Assembly (NCBI GenBank): GCA_030141605.1
Contig: JAQGDQ010000386.1
Coordinates: forward strand, 157,401 to 221,400
Direction of reading: 5' to 3'
Origin: Tubiluchus corallicola
Taxonomy: Eukaryota; Animalia; Priapulida
DNA: 64,000 bases
The notes below the pieces were generated by a model, which made no database searches, was not told the DNA's origin, and saw nothing but the letters and a program-made list of their open reading frames with translations. The first letter of the stretch is position 1; each line of letters opens with the position of its first letter. The translations under genes and the position numbers were made by a program. Positions 61,601 through 64,000 of this stretch are shown here, piece by piece.

Positions 61601-62941
61601 CTTGTCAAATTTGACTCACTGAACCAAGGACCAAATTGTCCCAAATATAATTATTATGATATAAACTCGAGGGAAATACAGGTTTAAAGCAAGCACATAA
61701 TAGTTATTTTATTTTTAAAATTGTGTGACAGGAATGTAGTTATATATATATATAACTACGGCCAAATCACGTTGAAAACACCGGTTCTCGTCGAAGTTAA
61801 GCAACGTAGAGCCTGGTTAGTACTTGGATGGGTGACCTCCTAGGAATACTAGGTGCTGTAGGCTTGCGGGATGTCCACACTGTACTAGGCGGAGGAGCTG
61901 CACAAGCAGCCAATGGCTAGAGTGCGGAGGAGGCCATGTGTAGAGGAGTAAACCTTCCAAATTAGGAGTGGAGCCCCGAAGGCGGACCAGTGCAGCATGC
62001 TCACTGACTCCGGCAGCTCCTGCAGCCAACCTGGTGCCAAACGTATCGCTCCGCTTTCCTTTGGACTACACAATATATATATATATATTGTCAGACACAA
62101 TTTTAAATATAAAATATCAATTATGTGCTTGCTTTAAACCTGTATTTCCCTCGTATTTTGATTTTAAACACAAAATTAAAATGTACAATCGTACAAATGC
62201 ATTAAAATTTTTTTGGTAAGTGTCACAATCAGGGGCGTATTAACCAACAGGCAAACTTCGCTACAGCCTAGGACATCAAAGTTTGCGGGCGTCACATTTT
62301 AGCAAAAAATCATTGAAAAATGCGCATACTTTCTATTCATGTAAAAGGGCGCATAACACGCCACAGGCAGTTATTGTGTGCAGCTTTTATATAAGTGCCA
62401 CATAATGAATTGGTGCAAAGTATTACACAACAAACAGTTGTGTAACTCGCTTCAATATAAGCGCTACGCAAATACATGTAACAAATAATGACCTCGTAGA
62501 AACTAATAGCGTTTCTAATACACCACAAGTAATTGTTTAATCTCCAATGTACATAAGCAACCATAAATTCATAATACAGAACTGCATGACAGAACTATCA
62601 GCCTAGAGCATCTAAAGTCTTGATACGCCCCTCGTCACAATGCTCTTGGATTGACTCACACACTTTCAACTCTTTATTAGTCCTGCTCACTCCCCCTAAC
62701 TGAAAAACCTGGATACGCCCCTGGCCCATTCAATTTATTTCAAACGAATGATCGGTTTACTCACTTTTCCACCTGGCTTGTTAAAGCTGCCATTACGAGG
62801 AGCGGCCATACTGCTGAAATTCTTCGCATACTGTGGCGCGGGGGTGAACGGCTGGTGACACGCGGGCGTAGACAGCATCATGAAGAATGGGTTTCTGGGA
62901 TGTCGGGCGTGATCCCGAAGAAAAGACATCGCCTTCCGGTG
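52632..62941 (-). CDS. GNS: N-acetylglucosamine-6-sulfatase, 3' part; exons 62765-62941, 60528-60616, 58166-58284, 56671-56774, 55392-55598, 54405-54512, 52632-52841; 5' exons outside the window
   Basis: Seven exons join in frame over GT-AG introns: [21 protein letters not shown] | DKHWLLR..FFRNR | [27 protein letters not shown] | [27 protein letters not shown] | [23 protein letters not shown] | [15 protein letters not shown] | [23 protein letters not shown]. All are typical GNS motifs. Confidence 0.93.
53521..53862. repeat. ~117-bp tandem repeat, 3 copies, in a GNS intron
   Basis: TGGTTTTATTAACGAAATTTTC... at 53521, 53638 and 53755. Confidence 0.93.
55635..55937. repeat. 31-bp minisatellite, about 10 copies, next to a GNS acceptor
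   Basis: Unit CTAATAATACATGTTATTATTCCATGCTGCA. Confidence 0.93.
56018..56600. mobile_element. Two adjacent, oppositely oriented copies of the TTCGAA-rich hAT-like MITE
   Basis: 56018-56387 is complete; 56418-56600 is an inverted partial copy. Confidence 0.72.
58649..58749 (+). mobile_element. 5S/RTE SINE head fragment (3'-truncated 5S-like sequence)
   Basis: Shares the family variant GGCCAAATCAC; stops at GGAAT and runs directly into another repeat. Confidence 0.75.
59040..59157 (+). rRNA. 5S rRNA-like sequence (head of the SINE, probably not a ribosomal gene)
   Basis: CTACGGCCAAATCACGTTGAAAACACCGGTTCTCGTCTGATCACCGAAGTTAAGCAACGTAGA...GTACTTGGATGGGTGAC...GGAATACCAGGTGCTGTAGGCTT; no T-run terminator follows. 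Confidence 0.75.
59040..59595 (+). mobile_element. Full-length 5S rRNA-derived SINE (SINE3 type) with RTE-LINE-like body and tail
   Basis: 5S head 59040-59157, GC-rich body, 3' end reading [12 protein letters not shown] then CCATTGTCTTCCGACACAGAAGGATGCCAACAA; perfect 13-bp TSD ATATGTGTAGCTA at 59027-59039 and 59596-59608. Confidence 0.9.
59875..60425. mobile_element. Kolobok-like MITE family member
   Basis: TTAA|AGGAAAACCGAA...TTCCT|TTAA; aligns with 19606-20082. Confidence 0.82.
61756..62070 (+). mobile_element. 5S/RTE SINE, internally deleted and 3'-truncated copy
   Basis: Matches 59040-59386 with short deletions; flanked by (TA)n on both sides. Confidence 0.85.
62230..62633. mobile_element. 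hAT-like MITE
   Basis: TIR CAGGGGCGTAT / ATACGCCCCTC; perfect 8-bp TSD GTCACAAT. Confidence 0.82.
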
Positions 62942-63108
62942 CTGCAATAACAAAGCAAAGTTACATCCTGCTGACAAACTTACAGCTTGCGGTTCTCGCT
63001 CACTGAGTTCTGTCGATGTTTTTGTTCATTTATTATGGAGTTGAAAAAATGTAGCGCTAGATTTAGCTGGTCACTATGCACCTCAATTTTACAGTGTTCA
63101 TTTGACTA

Positions 63109-63572
63109 CAGTCAACCTCGGGTATAACGTACTCGCTTATAACGGACCACCAACACCGGTCCCGATTTTCCGTAATGTTTTTCATGTAAAAACTTCATAT
63201 ATAAATTTCTCGGATAGGAAGGACTTTTGGTATTAAGGGACGGTATCTTCAGGTCCCGTGTAATAGAAACCCAGGTAAATTACCTCGCATATAAGGGACC
63301 CTATGATCAAAGCGAAATTGACCGATTTTTAACCTCAATTTTTTGCAAACTCGGCCTTCGAACAGCTCGGTTTCCGCCGTCACATACAACTCGCATCACT
63401 GAAGGAGCTTCCTACATACCATTTGCACTGAATGCGTAGCAATAATCCATAAAAATATGAGTAAAAGTACAGGAAAGTACAGGTCTAGACTCAACTTCGG
63501 CTATAAGGGACATCGGATATAAGAGGCGGTTTTTTCCGGTCCCGAGGTGCCCCTTATATGCGAGGTTGACTG
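63109..63572. mobile_element. pogo/Tc1-type MITE family member with intact TIRs
   Basis: TA|CAGTCAACCTCG...CGAGGTTGACTG|TA. Confidence 0.88.
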
Positions 63573-64000
63573 TATTTTATACTCAGTGAATGCTAACACC
63601 ATTATTGTCACTGTAAGGAAGTAGTATGTTGTTATTATAGCATAATACAAACAATGAAATTCATGTGGTTTTACGTAATGCAATTACTTATGGAAATAAC
63701 AAGGATATTAACACAAATAATTCAATCAGTTGTACAGTGACATAGAGAAATAATACTGAAATTTACTGTTTATGGTGTGAATTGCAACAGAATAGAAAGA
63801 ATTTAAAGTTCTTGTGGTTTTAGCGTTTCAGCAGTATCTACGACCAGAGCGGAGCATTTCAAAATACTTATTACCTGGATGGAATTCATCTTTCATGATA
63901 ACTTGCTCTCTCTTTGCGACCCTATTTTCATACAAATATGCCATAAACTGTTGCTCAATTTCTATAATTTTTGAGGTGGATTTAACAACTTGATCAAGAG

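Noticed and set aside
16836-62070. 5S-like sequences as genuine 5S rRNA genes
   Set aside because: They are dispersed in introns, lack a T-run terminator, are fused to a common body, carry indels, and one has a TSD: SINE heads rather than rDNA.
63875-63950. Possible further GNS exon (CAG|GTAA donor-like site)
   Set aside because: Translation does not match the expected upstream GNS segment (YYNYTLS...DYLTD), which must lie beyond the window.

Overview
AT-rich animal (invertebrate) genomic DNA; the 5S-like sequence resembles lophotrochozoan/mollusc 5S, but the taxon is only an inference. All host protein genes lie on the minus strand: an intronless full-length CPSF1 (1402 aa), a four-coding-exon MRPL2, a tandem array of four single-coding-exon genes for a secreted protein made only of 8 LDL-receptor class A repeats plus a basic RxxR motif and a GPI-signal-like tail, and the 3' seven exons of N-acetylglucosamine-6-sulfatase (GNS). 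A tRNA-Val(CAC) gene borders the array. The non-coding DNA is dense in mobile elements: four copies of a SINE with a 5S rRNA head and an RTE-LINE-derived tail (one full length with a 13-bp TSD), a 5'-truncated L2/CR1-group LINE with an uninterrupted RT ORF, an internally deleted Gypsy-type LTR element with filled and empty paralogous sites, and Kolobok-, piggyBac-, hAT- and pogo/Tc1-type MITEs, plus minisatellites. The best leads are the young, mosaic 8xLDLa array, the 5S/RTE SINE family, the intronless CPSF1, and splice acceptors 7-20 nt upstream of every visible start codon. All calls come from reading the sequence by eye; no searches were run.
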